A stretch of 64,000 nucleotides of DNA from Planctomycetota bacterium (GTDB lineage: Bacteria > Planctomycetota > J058 > J103): NCBI GenBank assembly GCA_026004615.1, contig BPJM01000001.1, positions 358,733 to 422,732 on the forward strand, written 5' to 3'. Shown in pieces: positions 40,310-49,713 of the stretch; the first letter of the stretch is position 1, and each line of letters begins with the position of its first letter. The translations under genes and the position numbers were made by a program. The notes under the pieces were generated by a model, which was given only the letters and a program-made list of their open reading frames with translations, did not search any database and was not told where the DNA came from.

Positions 40310-42835
40310 ATGACAGGATCCGAGCCGAGCCGAACCTCGAGTCAGCAGCCCCACCCGGACGAGCCCCCGGGCGCGGCTGCGCCAGCGAGCGCGGCGTCTG
40401 CCGGCACGAGCGTCGCGGGCAGCGCCAGCACGGCCGCGCCTGCCACCGCCGCGGTCTCCCCGACAGGCGAGCGCGCCGCGGACACGGTGCCGATCGTGCC
40501 CATGCGGGGGGCGGTGGTCTTTCCGCGCCTGACGCTGCCGATCGCGGTCGGCCGCCGCCGCTCGCTGGAGGCGGTCCAGGAGGCGGTGCGCGGCGAGCGT
40601 CCCCTCGGCCTGCTGCTGCAGAAGGACCCCGAGGTCGAAGAGCCCGGGCCGGATGACCTCTACCACACCGGCACCCTGGTCCACGTGCTCCGCTTCGTGA
40701 CCGGGCAGGACGGCGGGCATGCGCTCTGCCAGGGCCAGCACCGTTTCCGCGTCATCGAGTTCGTGCAGACCGAACCGTATCTGCTCGCGCGCATCGAGCA
40801 GCTGCCCGAGCCCGAGCAGAGCGGCGACCGCGAGATCGAGGCCCGTACGCTCGCGCTGCGGCAGCAGGCCCTGGAGGCGCTGGAGCTGTTGCCGCAGGCG
40901 CCCCCGGAGATCGCCGCCGCCCTGCGCCAGATCGAACCGCCCGGGCTGCTGGCGGACATGATCGCCACCTTCATCGACGCCAGGCCCGAGGACAAGCAGC
41001 GCATCCTGGAGACGGTCGATGTGCGCGAGCGGCTGGAGCGGGTGGCGCGCCTGCTGGCGGAGCGGATCGAGATCCTCAAGCTGTCCAAGCGCATCGGCGA
41101 GCAGACGCGGTCCGAGCTGGACAAGCGGCAGCGCGAGTTCCTGCTGCGCCAGCAGCTCAAGACCATCCAGGAGGAGCTGGGCGAAGGCGACAGCAAGGGG
41201 CTGGAGGAGCTCAGGCGCGCGATCGCCGAGGCCGGCATGCCGGAGGAGGTGGAGCAGGAGGCGCGCAAGGAGCTGGCCCGGCTCGAACGCATGCCCGAGG
41301 CGGCCGCCGAGTACTCCATGGTGCGGACCTACCTGGAGCTGTTGTGCGAGCTGCCGTGGTCGAAGCTGAGCGAGGATCGGCTGGAGATCGCGCGCGCACG
41401 CGCCATCCTCGATGAGGACCACCACGACCTCGAGAAGGTCAAGCGCCGCATCCTGGAGCACCTGGCGGTGCGCAAGCTCAACCCGGAGGGCAAGAGCCCC
41501 ATCCTGTGTTTCGTCGGGCCGCCCGGGGTGGGCAAGACCTCGCTCGGCCGCTCGATCGCGCGCGCCATGGGGCGCGAGTTCGTGCGCGCCAGCCTGGGCG
41601 GGGTGCACGACGAATCGGAGATCCGCGGCCACCGCCGCACCTATGTCGGCGCCCTGCCGGGCCGCATCATCCAGGGCATCCGGCGAGCCGGCACGCGCAA
41701 CCCGGTCTTCATGCTCGACGAGGTGGACAAGCTGGGCGCGGGCCTGCACGGCGACCCGGCGGCGGCGCTCTTGGAGGTGCTCGACCCGGAGCAGAACTCC
41801 GAGTTCCGCGACAACTACCTCGGGGTGCCCTTCGATCTGAGCCGCGTCATGTTCATCTGCACGGCCAACGTGATCGACCAGATCCCCAAGCCGCTGCGCG
41901 ACCGGATGGAGGTGATCGAGCTGCCGGGCTACACCGAGCAGGACAAGCTCGAGATCGCACGCCGCTACCTGGTCGGGCGCCAGCTCGCCGAGGCGGGGTT
42001 GAAACCCGAGCAGTGCGAGATCACCGACGAGGCGCTGCGCAAGGTGATCGCCGATTACACGCGCGAGGCGGGCTGCCGCGAGCTCGAGCGCCGGCTGGGG
42101 GCGCTGTGCCGTCACGTCGCGACCCGCGTCGCGGCGGGCGAGATCGAGCGGATGCGGATCGGGCCCGAGGAAGTGCGCGCGATCCTCGGACCGGAGAAGT
42201 ACGAGCGCGAGGTCGCGATGCGGACCAGCGTGCCCGGGGTCGCGACGGGGCTGGCGTGGACGCCGGCCGGGGGCGAGATCCTGTTCGTCGAGGCCACCCG
42301 CATGCCCGGCAAGGGCAACCTGCTGCTCACCGGCCAGCTCGGCGACGTCATGAAGGAGAGCGCCCAGGCGGCGCTCAGCCTGGTGCGCGCCAACCTGGAA
42401 CGGCTCGGGCTGGAGCCCGGCGCGCTGCAGGAGACCGACATCCACATCCACGTCCCGGCGGGCGCGATCCCCAAGGACGGGCCGAGCGCCGGAGTGGCGA
42501 TGTACGTGGCGCTGGTCTCGCTGTTCACCGGCCGCTGCGTCCGCAGCGACGTCGCGATGACGGGCGAGATCAGCCTGCGGGGCCTGGTGCTGCCGGTCGG
42601 CGGCATCAAGGAGAAGGTGCTCGCGGCCCTGAGCGCCGGGATCCGGACGGTGCTCCTGCCGGCGCGCAACAAGAAAGACCTGGAGGAGATCCCCGAGCAG
42701 GCCCGGCAGGCGCTCCGGTTCGTCTGGCTGGAGCGCGTCGAGGATGCGGTCGCCGCGGCGCTGGAGCCGCCGGCCGAGGAGCAGCCCGCAGACCGCGAAC
42801 GAACCGAGCCGGTCGGCGCGGCGAGCCAGGACTGA
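40310..42835 (+). CDS. lon: Lon protease (endopeptidase La)
   Basis: LON N-domain, GPPGVGKTS, DEVDK, LLEVLDPEQN, PKDGPSAG (Ser), GGIKEK (Lys). Confidence 0.97.
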   Translation: MTGSEPSRTSSQQPHPDEPPGAAAPASAASAGTSVAGSASTAAPATAAVSPTGERAADTVPIVPMRGAVVFPRLTLPIAVGRRRSLEAVQEAVRGERPLGLLLQKDPEVEEPGPDDLYHTGTLVHVLRFVTGQDGGHALCQGQHRFRVIEFVQTEPYLLARIEQLPEPEQSGDREIEARTLALRQQALEALELLPQAPPEIAAALRQIEPPGLLADMIATFIDARPEDKQRILETVDVRERLERVARLLAERIEILKLSKRIGEQTRSELDKRQREFLLRQQLKTIQEELGEGDSKGLEELRRAIAEAGMPEEVEQEARKELARLERMPEAAAEYSMVRTYLELLCELPWSKLSEDRLEIARARAILDEDHHDLEKVKRRILEHLAVRKLNPEGKSPILCFVGPPGVGKTSLGRSIARAMGREFVRASLGGVHDESEIRGHRRTYVGALPGRIIQGIRRAGTRNPVFMLDEVDKLGAGLHGDPAAALLEVLDPEQNSEFRDNYLGVPFDLSRVMFICTANVIDQIPKPLRDRMEVIELPGYTEQDKLEIARRYLVGRQLAEAGLKPEQCEITDEALRKVIADYTREAGCRELERRLGALCRHVATRVAAGEIERMRIGPEEVRAILGPEKYEREVAMRTSVPGVATGLAWTPAGGEILFVEATRMPGKGNLLLTGQLGDVMKESAQAALSLVRANLERLGLEPGALQETDIHIHVPAGAIPKDGPSAGVAMYVALVSLFTGRCVRSDVAMTGEISLRGLVLPVGGIKEKVLAALSAGIRTVLLPARNKKDLEEIPEQARQALRFVWLERVEDAVAAALEPPAEEQPADRERTEPVGAASQD

Positions 42836-42866
42836 GGCCACCCCGCGCCGGGGTCGGGCCGAGCCG

Positions 42867-43586
42867 CTACTGCAGCCAGCGCTCCCAGCGCTCGCGCCGC
42901 TCGCGCATGAGGCGCCGCTGCTCGGCCCCCGGCCGGCCGAGCAGCAGGCAGAACGCGGCCCCGGCGGCGAAGCCGCCGATGTGCGCCCACCACGCCACCC
43001 CGCCCACCTCGGGCCCTGCCCCCAGCGCCACCAGTCCGCCCATGAGCTGCATGACGAACCAGAGCACCATGAAGCTCGCCGCCGGCAGCAAGAACAGGAG
43101 CGGATAGAACAGCACCGGCACCAGCACGATCACCCGCGCCCGCGGGAACATGAGGAAGTACGCCCCCATGACCCCGGAGACCGCGCCGGAGGCCCCGATC
43201 GTCGGCACCGGGGAATCCGGTGCGCTGGCGCAGTGCATGAGCCCCGCCAGCACGCCGCAGCCGAAGTAGAATCCGAGGAAGTTGGCGCGGCCGAAGCGGT
43301 CCTCCACGTTGTCGCCGAAGATCCAGAGCATCCACATGTTGCCCAGCACGTGCGCCCAGCCGCCGTGGAGCATGGTGCTGGTGAGCAGCGGCAGGTAGGC
43401 CTCGAGCCAGTTCGCGGCGGGATCGGACAGGCGCGCCGGGACGAGGGCGAAGCGGTCGAGCAGCTGCTGGAGCTCGTGCGGGGTGAGGGTGGCCTCGTAG
43501 AGAAAGACCGCCACGTTGCTGGCGATCAGCGCGATGGTCACCACCGGTGCCCGGCGCGAGGGCACCGAGTCCCGCAGCGGGATCAT
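42867..43586 (-). CDS. Rhomboid intramembrane serine protease
   Basis: MIPLRD, LHGGWAHVLGNM, GDNVEDRFG, GASGAVSG, AHIGGF. Confidence 0.92.
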   Translation of the reverse strand: MIPLRDSVPSRRAPVVTIALIASNVAVFLYEATLTPHELQQLLDRFALVPARLSDPAANWLEAYLPLLTSTMLHGGWAHVLGNMWMLWIFGDNVEDRFGRANFLGFYFGCGVLAGLMHCASAPDSPVPTIGASGAVSGVMGAYFLMFPRARVIVLVPVLFYPLLFLLPAASFMVLWFVMQLMGGLVALGAGPEVGGVAWWAHIGGFAAGAAFCLLLGRPGAEQRRLMRERRERWERWLQ

Positions 43587-43723
43587 CGCCAGTGATCTCC
43601 CTCGCAGCGGCTCCGCCGAGCCGGCAGGGCGCCTTCTCGGCGCCGAGCGCAGCGCCGAAGCATACCCGGTCCCCCGGGTAGCCGGCCAGTGCCGGGCCGG
43701 CGCACGGCGCCGGCCCCTTCTTT

Positions 43724-43942
43724 CCTCCGCCTCCCCGCCCCCGCTCCCCTCCGGCTCTCTTCTCCCTCTCCCCTCCGGGGAGAGGGTCGGGGTGAGGGGC
43801 CGGCTCGGAACCCCGTTCTCCGCCCCCGCTCTCCCCTCCGCCTCCCCGCCCCCTCTGCCCTCCGGCTCTCTTCTCCCTCTCCCCTCCGGGGAGAGGGTCG
43901 GGGTGAGGGGCCGGCTCGAAACCCCGTTCTCCGCCCCCGCTC
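43724..43942. repeat. Tandem pair (period 111 bp) of BoxC/REP-like elements
   Basis: Two near-identical units, each with the hairpin CCCTCTCCCC-TCC-GGGGAGAGGG (43764-43786 and 43875-43897) followed by TCGGGGTGAGGGG. Confidence 0.88.
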
Positions 43943-44005
43943 CCGCCCGCCGTTCTTCTCGCTCGCTCCCCCGCGCGGGCCAACCCCGGATGAGACGCGA
44001 CGCCC

Positions 44006-44033
44006 TTGACCCCCGTCCCCCGGGCGCTATCCT
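44006..44033 (+). promoter_or_regulatory. Putative promoter TTGACC-N16-TATCCT
   Basis: The TTG that the ORF track uses as a start is the -35. RBS GGGGGAGG precedes GTG 44102. Confidence 0.55.
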
Positions 44034-44101
44034 CGCTCTTCCGCCTCGCGCACCGCCCGCTCGTGCCCGAGCCGGAAACCCGAGGGGGAGGACCTCCGCC
44101 G

Positions 44102-45535
44102 GTGGGCGCCTCCTTGCTGGCCACGACTGCCCTCGGCGCGGCGCTCGCCGCGGGCGCCGGCGCCCCGGGCGCCGCCGAGACGGCGGCGGCCGGCGCGCGG
44201 CCGGTGCTGCCCATGGTGCTGTGCGGCCTGGTGCTGGTCGCCACCTTCGCGCTGATCGCCTTCGAGGTGATCAACAAGGTCGTCGCCGCGCTCGCCGGTG
44301 CGATCGTGACCGTCGTCATCGCGCTGGTGCTCGGGGTGTACGCCGGGCCCAAGCCCTACCTGGCGGTCCACCGCTTCATCGAGCACGACCTCGGGGTGAT
44401 CGGGGTGATCGTCGGCACCAGCATCCTGGTGGAGATCGCCGGTGCCTCGGGGCTGTTCCACTTCATCGCGGTCCGGCTCGTCAAGCTGACCGGCGGGCGG
44501 CCGGAGCGACTGCTGCCGGCGGTCTTCTTCGCCACCATCGGCTTCGTCACCTTCCTCACCATCGCGCCCGGCACGCTGATCATGGCCTCGCTGGTGCTGG
44601 TGATCACCAGGGCGCTCAGCGACGATCCGCGCCCGTACATCGTGGGGCTCGCGCTCGCCGCCAACTCCGGCGCGCTCATGACGTTCGCCTCCGGGATCGT
44701 CACCCTCATGATCGGCACCAGCGCCGGCATCCCGTACGCGCACTTCCTGGTGGTCTCGCTGCCTCTGGGTCTGCTCAGCGCCGCGGTCGCCTTCTTCTGG
44801 GTCCGTCTGTCCTACCGGGCGGAGCTCGCCCCCCACGGCGATCCGGCCGCGCGGGCGGCCATGGTCGCGCGCTTCGACGAATGGGCCCTGGTCAAGGATC
44901 GGCGCATCTTCTACCGTTCGGCGATCATCCTGCTGCTCACCATCGCCGGGTTCGCCTCGGCGCAGGCGCTCGGGGTGGGGCTCGACTTCATCGCCATGTG
45001 CGGGGGCACCGCCGCCATCCTGTTCAGCGGCTTCGATCCCGAAGAGGCGATCAAGAAGGTCAAGTGGCCCGTGGTGCTGTTCTTCGTCGGGCTGTTCGTC
45101 ATGATCGGGACGGTGCAGGAGACCGGCCTGCTGGAGGTGCTGGCGGGTGCCCTGCTCGCGGCCTCGGGCGATAGCGTGCTGGTGGCGGCGGCGCTGCTGA
45201 TCAGCTTCTCGTTCGTGCTCGCCGGTCTGGTCGACAACATCCCCACTGCTGCCACCCTGATCCCGATGGTCAAGACCATGGTCGCGCGCGGACTCGCGCC
45301 CGAACCGCTGTGGTGGGGACTGGTCGCGGCCTGCAACCTGGGCGGCAACCCGACCCCGGTCGGCAGCATCGCGGCGGTGATCGCCTTGCACGCCCTGGAG
45401 AAGGAGCGCGGCATCAAGGTCGGCTGGGGCGAGTACCTCAAGGTCGGGGGCACGGTGACCCTGTTGCAGCTCGTGCTGGTGATCGCCTACATCTTCGCCT
45501 TCAGGGAACTGGGGCTGTTCCCGCGGCTGGGCTGA
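44102..45535 (+). CDS. ArsB/NhaD (IT superfamily) ion transporter
   Basis: SGLFHFIA, ANSGALMT, WPVVLFFVGLF, GLVDNIP, NLGGNPTPVGSIA; about 12 TM segments. Confidence 0.85.
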   Translation: MGASLLATTALGAALAAGAGAPGAAETAAAGARPVLPMVLCGLVLVATFALIAFEVINKVVAALAGAIVTVVIALVLGVYAGPKPYLAVHRFIEHDLGVIGVIVGTSILVEIAGASGLFHFIAVRLVKLTGGRPERLLPAVFFATIGFVTFLTIAPGTLIMASLVLVITRALSDDPRPYIVGLALAANSGALMTFASGIVTLMIGTSAGIPYAHFLVVSLPLGLLSAAVAFFWVRLSYRAELAPHGDPAARAAMVARFDEWALVKDRRIFYRSAIILLLTIAGFASAQALGVGLDFIAMCGGTAAILFSGFDPEEAIKKVKWPVVLFFVGLFVMIGTVQETGLLEVLAGALLAASGDSVLVAAALLISFSFVLAGLVDNIPTAATLIPMVKTMVARGLAPEPLWWGLVAACNLGGNPTPVGSIAAVIALHALEKERGIKVGWGEYLKVGGTVTLLQLVLVIAYIFAFRELGLFPRLG

Positions 45536-45626
45536 GGGCGCGGCGGGCCGGAGCTGCCCGCAGCCCGGGCCGCTCGGAGCCGTGGGGGGCGCGCGGCCGC
45601 CGCGCACGAACAGAAGGGGGCAGGCG

Positions 45627-46595
45627 GTGGATCCCAGCGAGGCCAGGGAGCTCGAGGAGAGCATGCGCGCCTTCGAGGCGGCGCTGGCGCCGCCGGAGGT
45701 GGTCTTGCCCGAGCCGGTGCTCCGGCGCGTGGTCCTGGCGCTGGACGGCTCGAACCAGGACCCGCTGAGCGAGGAACTGGCGGCAGCGGTGGCCGCGCGC
45801 ACCGGAGCGAGCCTCCATGTGGTCTACGCCTACCCGGGCGAGGCGGCCGAGCCCGCGCGCGAGCGCTACCGGGAGGAGCGGGCCGCACAGCTCGCCGCGC
45901 GCGGGCTGGCGGTGAGCACCGGGCCGCGGCCCGCCGGTGCGGAGCCGTTCGCCCAGCTCCTGGCGGCGCTCGAGGAGGGGGGCGAACTGCTGGTCGCGTG
46001 CGCCCCCTATCTGGAGGACTTCGGAGCGCTCGGCCATCAGAGCCTGGGCTCCGCGGTGGAAGTGCTGCTGCAGCGCTCGCCGGTGCCGCTGTTGCTGGCG
46101 CGCGATCCCGAGCGCCCGCCGGCGGAGCTGTGGCGCGAGTTCTTGCTGCCGCTGGTGTTCGCCGGTCCGGAGCACGCCAGCGCCGCGGGCTGGGCGCTCC
46201 GGCTCGCCCCGCCGCAGAGCGGGCTCCGGCTGCTGCTGGTCGCGGATACCGAGCTGCTCGGTTCCGCCACCCATCTGCTCGGCGATTTCGTGGCGCAGCA
46301 GGCGCTGGACGATGAGGTGCTCAAGCAGCTGGAGCGCAAGGAGCACGCCGGGCTGATCGCGGCGTGCCAGAAGGCGTGCGCGGCGCGGGGCCTGGGCTGC
46401 CGGGTCTCGGTGCGCACCGGCGAGCTGGCCCAGGTGGTGGCGGAACTGGGCAACGCCGAGCCGCGGGTGCTGGTCGTCGCCGCGCCCGCCGACCCGCGCT
46501 CCACCGCCTACCAGCAGGCGCTGGCGCTGCTGCGCGAGGCCGCCAATCCGGTGCTGTGCGTCCCGCACCGCCATAGCGGCACAGCCGCCTCGTAG
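45627..46595 (+). CDS. Tandem universal stress protein (Usp)-like
   Basis: RVVLALDGS, LHVVYA, LGSAVEVLLQRSPVPLLL, C-terminal ANPVLCVP. Confidence 0.7.
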   Translation: MDPSEARELEESMRAFEAALAPPEVVLPEPVLRRVVLALDGSNQDPLSEELAAAVAARTGASLHVVYAYPGEAAEPARERYREERAAQLAARGLAVSTGPRPAGAEPFAQLLAALEEGGELLVACAPYLEDFGALGHQSLGSAVEVLLQRSPVPLLLARDPERPPAELWREFLLPLVFAGPEHASAAGWALRLAPPQSGLRLLLVADTELLGSATHLLGDFVAQQALDDEVLKQLERKEHAGLIAACQKACAARGLGCRVSVRTGELAQVVAELGNAEPRVLVVAAPADPRSTAYQQALALLREAANPVLCVPHRHSGTAAS

Positions 46596-46607
46596 CCGGG
46601 CTCGGGC

Positions 46608-48356
46608 ATGGAGAACGTCGAACTCGCCGCAGCCCTGGACGAGGTGGCGGACCTGCTCGAGATCCAGGGCGCCAATCCGTTCCGCGTCCGCGCCTACCGC
46701 AACGCCGCCCGGTTCGTGCGCGGCTACTCGACCCCGCTGCGCAAGCTGGTGGCCGAGGGCAGGGACCTCACCGAGCTGCCGACCATCGGCGCGGACATGG
46801 CGAAGTACCTCGCCGAGCTGTGCCAGACCGGCAAGCTCGCGGTGCTGGAGCAACTGCGCTCCCAGGTGCCGCCGGGCCTGGTGGAGATCACCCAGCTGCC
46901 CGGGGTCGGGCCCAAGCGCGCCCAGGCGCTGTGGAAGGAGCTGCAGATCACCGATCTGGAGCAGCTGCGGCAGGCCGCGCTCGCCGGGCGGGTGGCCGCG
47001 CTCCGGGGCTTCGGCGACAAGACGCAGCAGAAGATCCTGCAGGCGATCGAGCGGCGCGCCGGCCAGCAGAAGCGGTTCCTGCTGGCGGACGCCGACCAGA
47101 TCGCCGCCGCCCTGCGCGAGCACATGGCGCAGGCCCCGGGCGTGGATCGGCTCGAGATGGCGGGCAGCTGGCGCCGGCGCAAGGAGACGGTGGGCGACCT
47201 GGACCTGCTCGTGACCGCCGCCGAGCCCGGCCCGGTCATGGACCACTTCACCCGCTGGCCGAGCGTGGCCGAGGTGGTGCAGAAGGGCACCACCCGCACC
47301 ACGGTGCGCCTGCGCTCGGGCATGCAGGTCGACCTGCGGGTGGTCGAGCCGGCGGCGTTCGGCGCGGCGCTCTGCTACTTCACCGGTTCCAAGGAACACA
47401 ACATCCGGATGCGCCAGCGGGCCCTGGAGCGCGGGTTGCGCATCTCGGAGTATGGCGTCTTCGAGCTGCTCGAGGGCGAGGGCGGCGAGCGGCGCGAAGG
47501 CAGGCGCGTGGCCGGCGCCACCGAACAAGAGGTCTACGCCGCGGTCGGCCTGCCGTGGATCCCCCCCGAGCTGCGCGAGGACCGCGGCGAGCTGGAGGCG
47601 GCGGAGCGGGGCGAGCTGCCGGCGCTGGTGGAGCTCGGCGACATCCGGGGCGATCTGCAGATGCACACCCGGTGGTCGGACGGCAAGAACACCCTCGCCG
47701 AGATGGTCGCCGCCTGCCTCGCGCGCGGCTACGCCTACATGGCCGTCACCGATCACAGCCCCTCGCTCGCCATGACCGGCGGGCTCGATCCGGCCAAGCT
47801 GCGGCGGCAGTGGCAGGAGATCGAGCGGGTCGCCGCGGACTACCCGAAGATCCGCATCCTCAAGAGCATGGAGATCGACATCCGCCGGGACGGCTCGCTC
47901 GACCTCGCGGACGAACTCCTGGAGCAGCTCGACGTGGTGCTGGTCTCGATCCACTCCTACCTCGAGCTCGGGATGGCGGAGCAGACCCGGCGCGTGCTCA
48001 AGGCGCTGGAGCACCCGCGGGTGCACATCCTGGCCCATCCGACCGGGCGGCGGCTCGGCCAGCGCGAGCCGATGCAACTCGACATGGACGAGGTGTTGCA
48101 CTGCGCCAGGGAGCACGGCGTGGCGGTCGAGGCCAACGCCCAGCCCGAGCGGCTCGACCTCAACGACGTGCATCTGTTCCGGGCGCGCGAACTCGGCGTC
48201 AAGGTGGTCATCAGCACCGATGCCCACTCGACCGCGGACCTGGACCTCATGCGCTACGGGGTCGCGCAGGCGCGCCGCGCCTGGCTCACCCCGAAGCACG
48301 TGCTCAACACCCTGCCGCCGGGCCGGTTCCTCCAGGCCTTGCGGCGCCGGCGCTGA
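46608..48356 (+). CDS. polX: DNA polymerase X with PHP 3'-5' exonuclease domain
   Basis: NPFRVRAY, GVGPK, GSWRR, GDLD, VDLR, YFTGSKEHN, PPELRE, DLQMHT.WSDG, TDHS, AHPTGR, STDAH. Confidence 0.95.
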   Translation: MENVELAAALDEVADLLEIQGANPFRVRAYRNAARFVRGYSTPLRKLVAEGRDLTELPTIGADMAKYLAELCQTGKLAVLEQLRSQVPPGLVEITQLPGVGPKRAQALWKELQITDLEQLRQAALAGRVAALRGFGDKTQQKILQAIERRAGQQKRFLLADADQIAAALREHMAQAPGVDRLEMAGSWRRRKETVGDLDLLVTAAEPGPVMDHFTRWPSVAEVVQKGTTRTTVRLRSGMQVDLRVVEPAAFGAALCYFTGSKEHNIRMRQRALERGLRISEYGVFELLEGEGGERREGRRVAGATEQEVYAAVGLPWIPPELREDRGELEAAERGELPALVELGDIRGDLQMHTRWSDGKNTLAEMVAACLARGYAYMAVTDHSPSLAMTGGLDPAKLRRQWQEIERVAADYPKIRILKSMEIDIRRDGSLDLADELLEQLDVVLVSIHSYLELGMAEQTRRVLKALEHPRVHILAHPTGRRLGQREPMQLDMDEVLHCAREHGVAVEANAQPERLDLNDVHLFRARELGVKVVISTDAHSTADLDLMRYGVAQARRAWLTPKHVLNTLPPGRFLQALRRRR

Positions 48357-48398
48357 GCGCCGCGGCGCCCCGCCTGGCGCACCGCGCCCGCAGCCGGC

Positions 48399-48427
48399 TT
48401 GACGCAGCGGCATCACCGCCCCACGAT
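48399..48427 (+). promoter_or_regulatory. Putative promoter TTGACG-N17-CACGAT for sodC
   Basis: Spacing and position fit, about 45 nt upstream of ATG 48472. Confidence 0.45.
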
Positions 48428-48471
48428 GCCGGCGTTGTCGAGGGGAGCCCTGTCCGATGAGGAGGCATGGT

Positions 48472-49071
48472 ATGCTCACGCACATCCGCTGGGTAGCCGC
48501 TGCGACCGCGCTCACGGCCGCCGCCATCGTCCTCGGCGCCTGCACCGGCGGTGCTGCCGAGCCACAGCACGCCCACCAGCCGCAAGCCGGCGGCGGCTTC
48601 GCCGGCATCACCCGCGCCATCGCCGTGCTCCACCCGACCGCAGGCCACACCGCGCACGGCGTGGTGCGGTTCGTCGAGGAGCAGGGCAAGGTGAGGGTCC
48701 AGGCGCGGATCGAGGGGCTCGCGCCCCACGGCACCCACGGCTTCCACATCCACGAGTACGGCGACTGCAGTGCGCCGGACGGCACCAGCGCCGGCGGTCA
48801 CTACAACCCCGAGGGGCATCCCCACGCCGGACCGCAGGCCTTTCCGCGGCACGCCGGCGACCTGGGCAACGTGGTGGCGGACGAGCACGGGGTGGCGACG
48901 CTGGAGCTGGTGCTCGACAACATCACGATCGCCGGCGCCAAGAACCCCATCCTGGGCCGCGGCATGATCGTGCACGCGCAGGCCGACGACCTCAAGAGCC
49001 AGCCGACCGGGGCGGCGGGCGCGCGGATCGCCTGCGGGGTGATCGGCATCGCGAACCCCGGAGAGCGGTAG
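48472..49071 (+). CDS. sodC: Cu/Zn superoxide dismutase, lipoprotein
   Basis: LGAC lipobox; HGFHIH, SAGGHYNP, HAGDLGN, IVHAQADD, GARIACGVI; RBS GAGGAGG. Confidence 0.93.
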   Translation: MLTHIRWVAAATALTAAAIVLGACTGGAAEPQHAHQPQAGGGFAGITRAIAVLHPTAGHTAHGVVRFVEEQGKVRVQARIEGLAPHGTHGFHIHEYGDCSAPDGTSAGGHYNPEGHPHAGPQAFPRHAGDLGNVVADEHGVATLELVLDNITIAGAKNPILGRGMIVHAQADDLKSQPTGAAGARIACGVIGIANPGER

Positions 49072-49138
49072 CGCCGGCGGCGCCCGCCGCCCGTGCGTCC
49101 TGCGGCCCCGGCGGCTCGCCTCGAGCCCGCCGCCGCGC

Positions 49139-49663
49139 TCAGCCCTCGCCCACGAGCGCCGCGATGAGCGTGCGGCAGAACGCGGGGAGATCGCCGGGGT
49201 GGCGGGAGGTGATGACGTTGCCGTCGCGCACCACCTCGCGGTCGACGTACTCCGCGCCCGCGTTCTTCAGGTCATCGCGGATCGCGAAGTAGCCGGTCAT
49301 GGTGCGGCCCTTGCAGATGCCGGCCGAGATGAGCACCCAGCCCGCATGGCAGATGGCCGCGATGGGCTTGCGGGCCTGGTCCATCTCGCGCACCAGCCGC
49401 AGCACCTCCTCGTAGCGCCGCAGGTGGTCCGGCGCGTAGCCACCCGGCACCACCAGCGCGTCGAACTCGGCGGCGCGCGCCTCGGCGGGCGCCAGATCGC
49501 GCCGCGGCGATGGCATGCCGTGCTTGGAGGGATGGGTCTGCTGCCGCGAGATGACCCGTACCTCCGCCCCTTCCTCTTGCAGGCGGAGGTAGGGATACCA
49601 GAACTCCCGCTCCTCGTAGAGATCGTCCACCAGGATGGCGATCCGCTTGCCCTGGAGCTTCAT
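49139..49663 (-). CDS. pfpI: PfpI/DJ-1 family type-1 glutamine amidotransferase-like protein
   Basis: YEEREFWYP, VPGGYAPD, AICHAGW, ITSR.P.DLP.F. Confidence 0.9.
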   Translation of the reverse strand: MKLQGKRIAILVDDLYEEREFWYPYLRLQEEGAEVRVISRQQTHPSKHGMPSPRRDLAPAEARAAEFDALVVPGGYAPDHLRRYEEVLRLVREMDQARKPIAAICHAGWVLISAGICKGRTMTGYFAIRDDLKNAGAEYVDREVVRDGNVITSRHPGDLPAFCRTLIAALVGEG

Positions 49664-49713
49664 GGCCCTGTCCTCCCCCGTTCCGTCTTCGCTCGCCGCT
49701 CGCCGGCTCGCGC

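Noticed and set aside
43724-43942. CRISPR array
   Set aside because: Only two units, no unique spacers, no cas genes.
44006-44101. TTG start for the NhaD-type transporter
   Set aside because: The TTG is better explained as the -35 of TTGACC-N16-TATCCT; a GTG with an RBS lies at 44102.
47650-47680. PolX PHP motif QxH instead of HxH as a sign of inactivation
   Set aside because: This substitution occurs in other bacterial PolX proteins, and the other PHP ligands and polymerase aspartates are intact.
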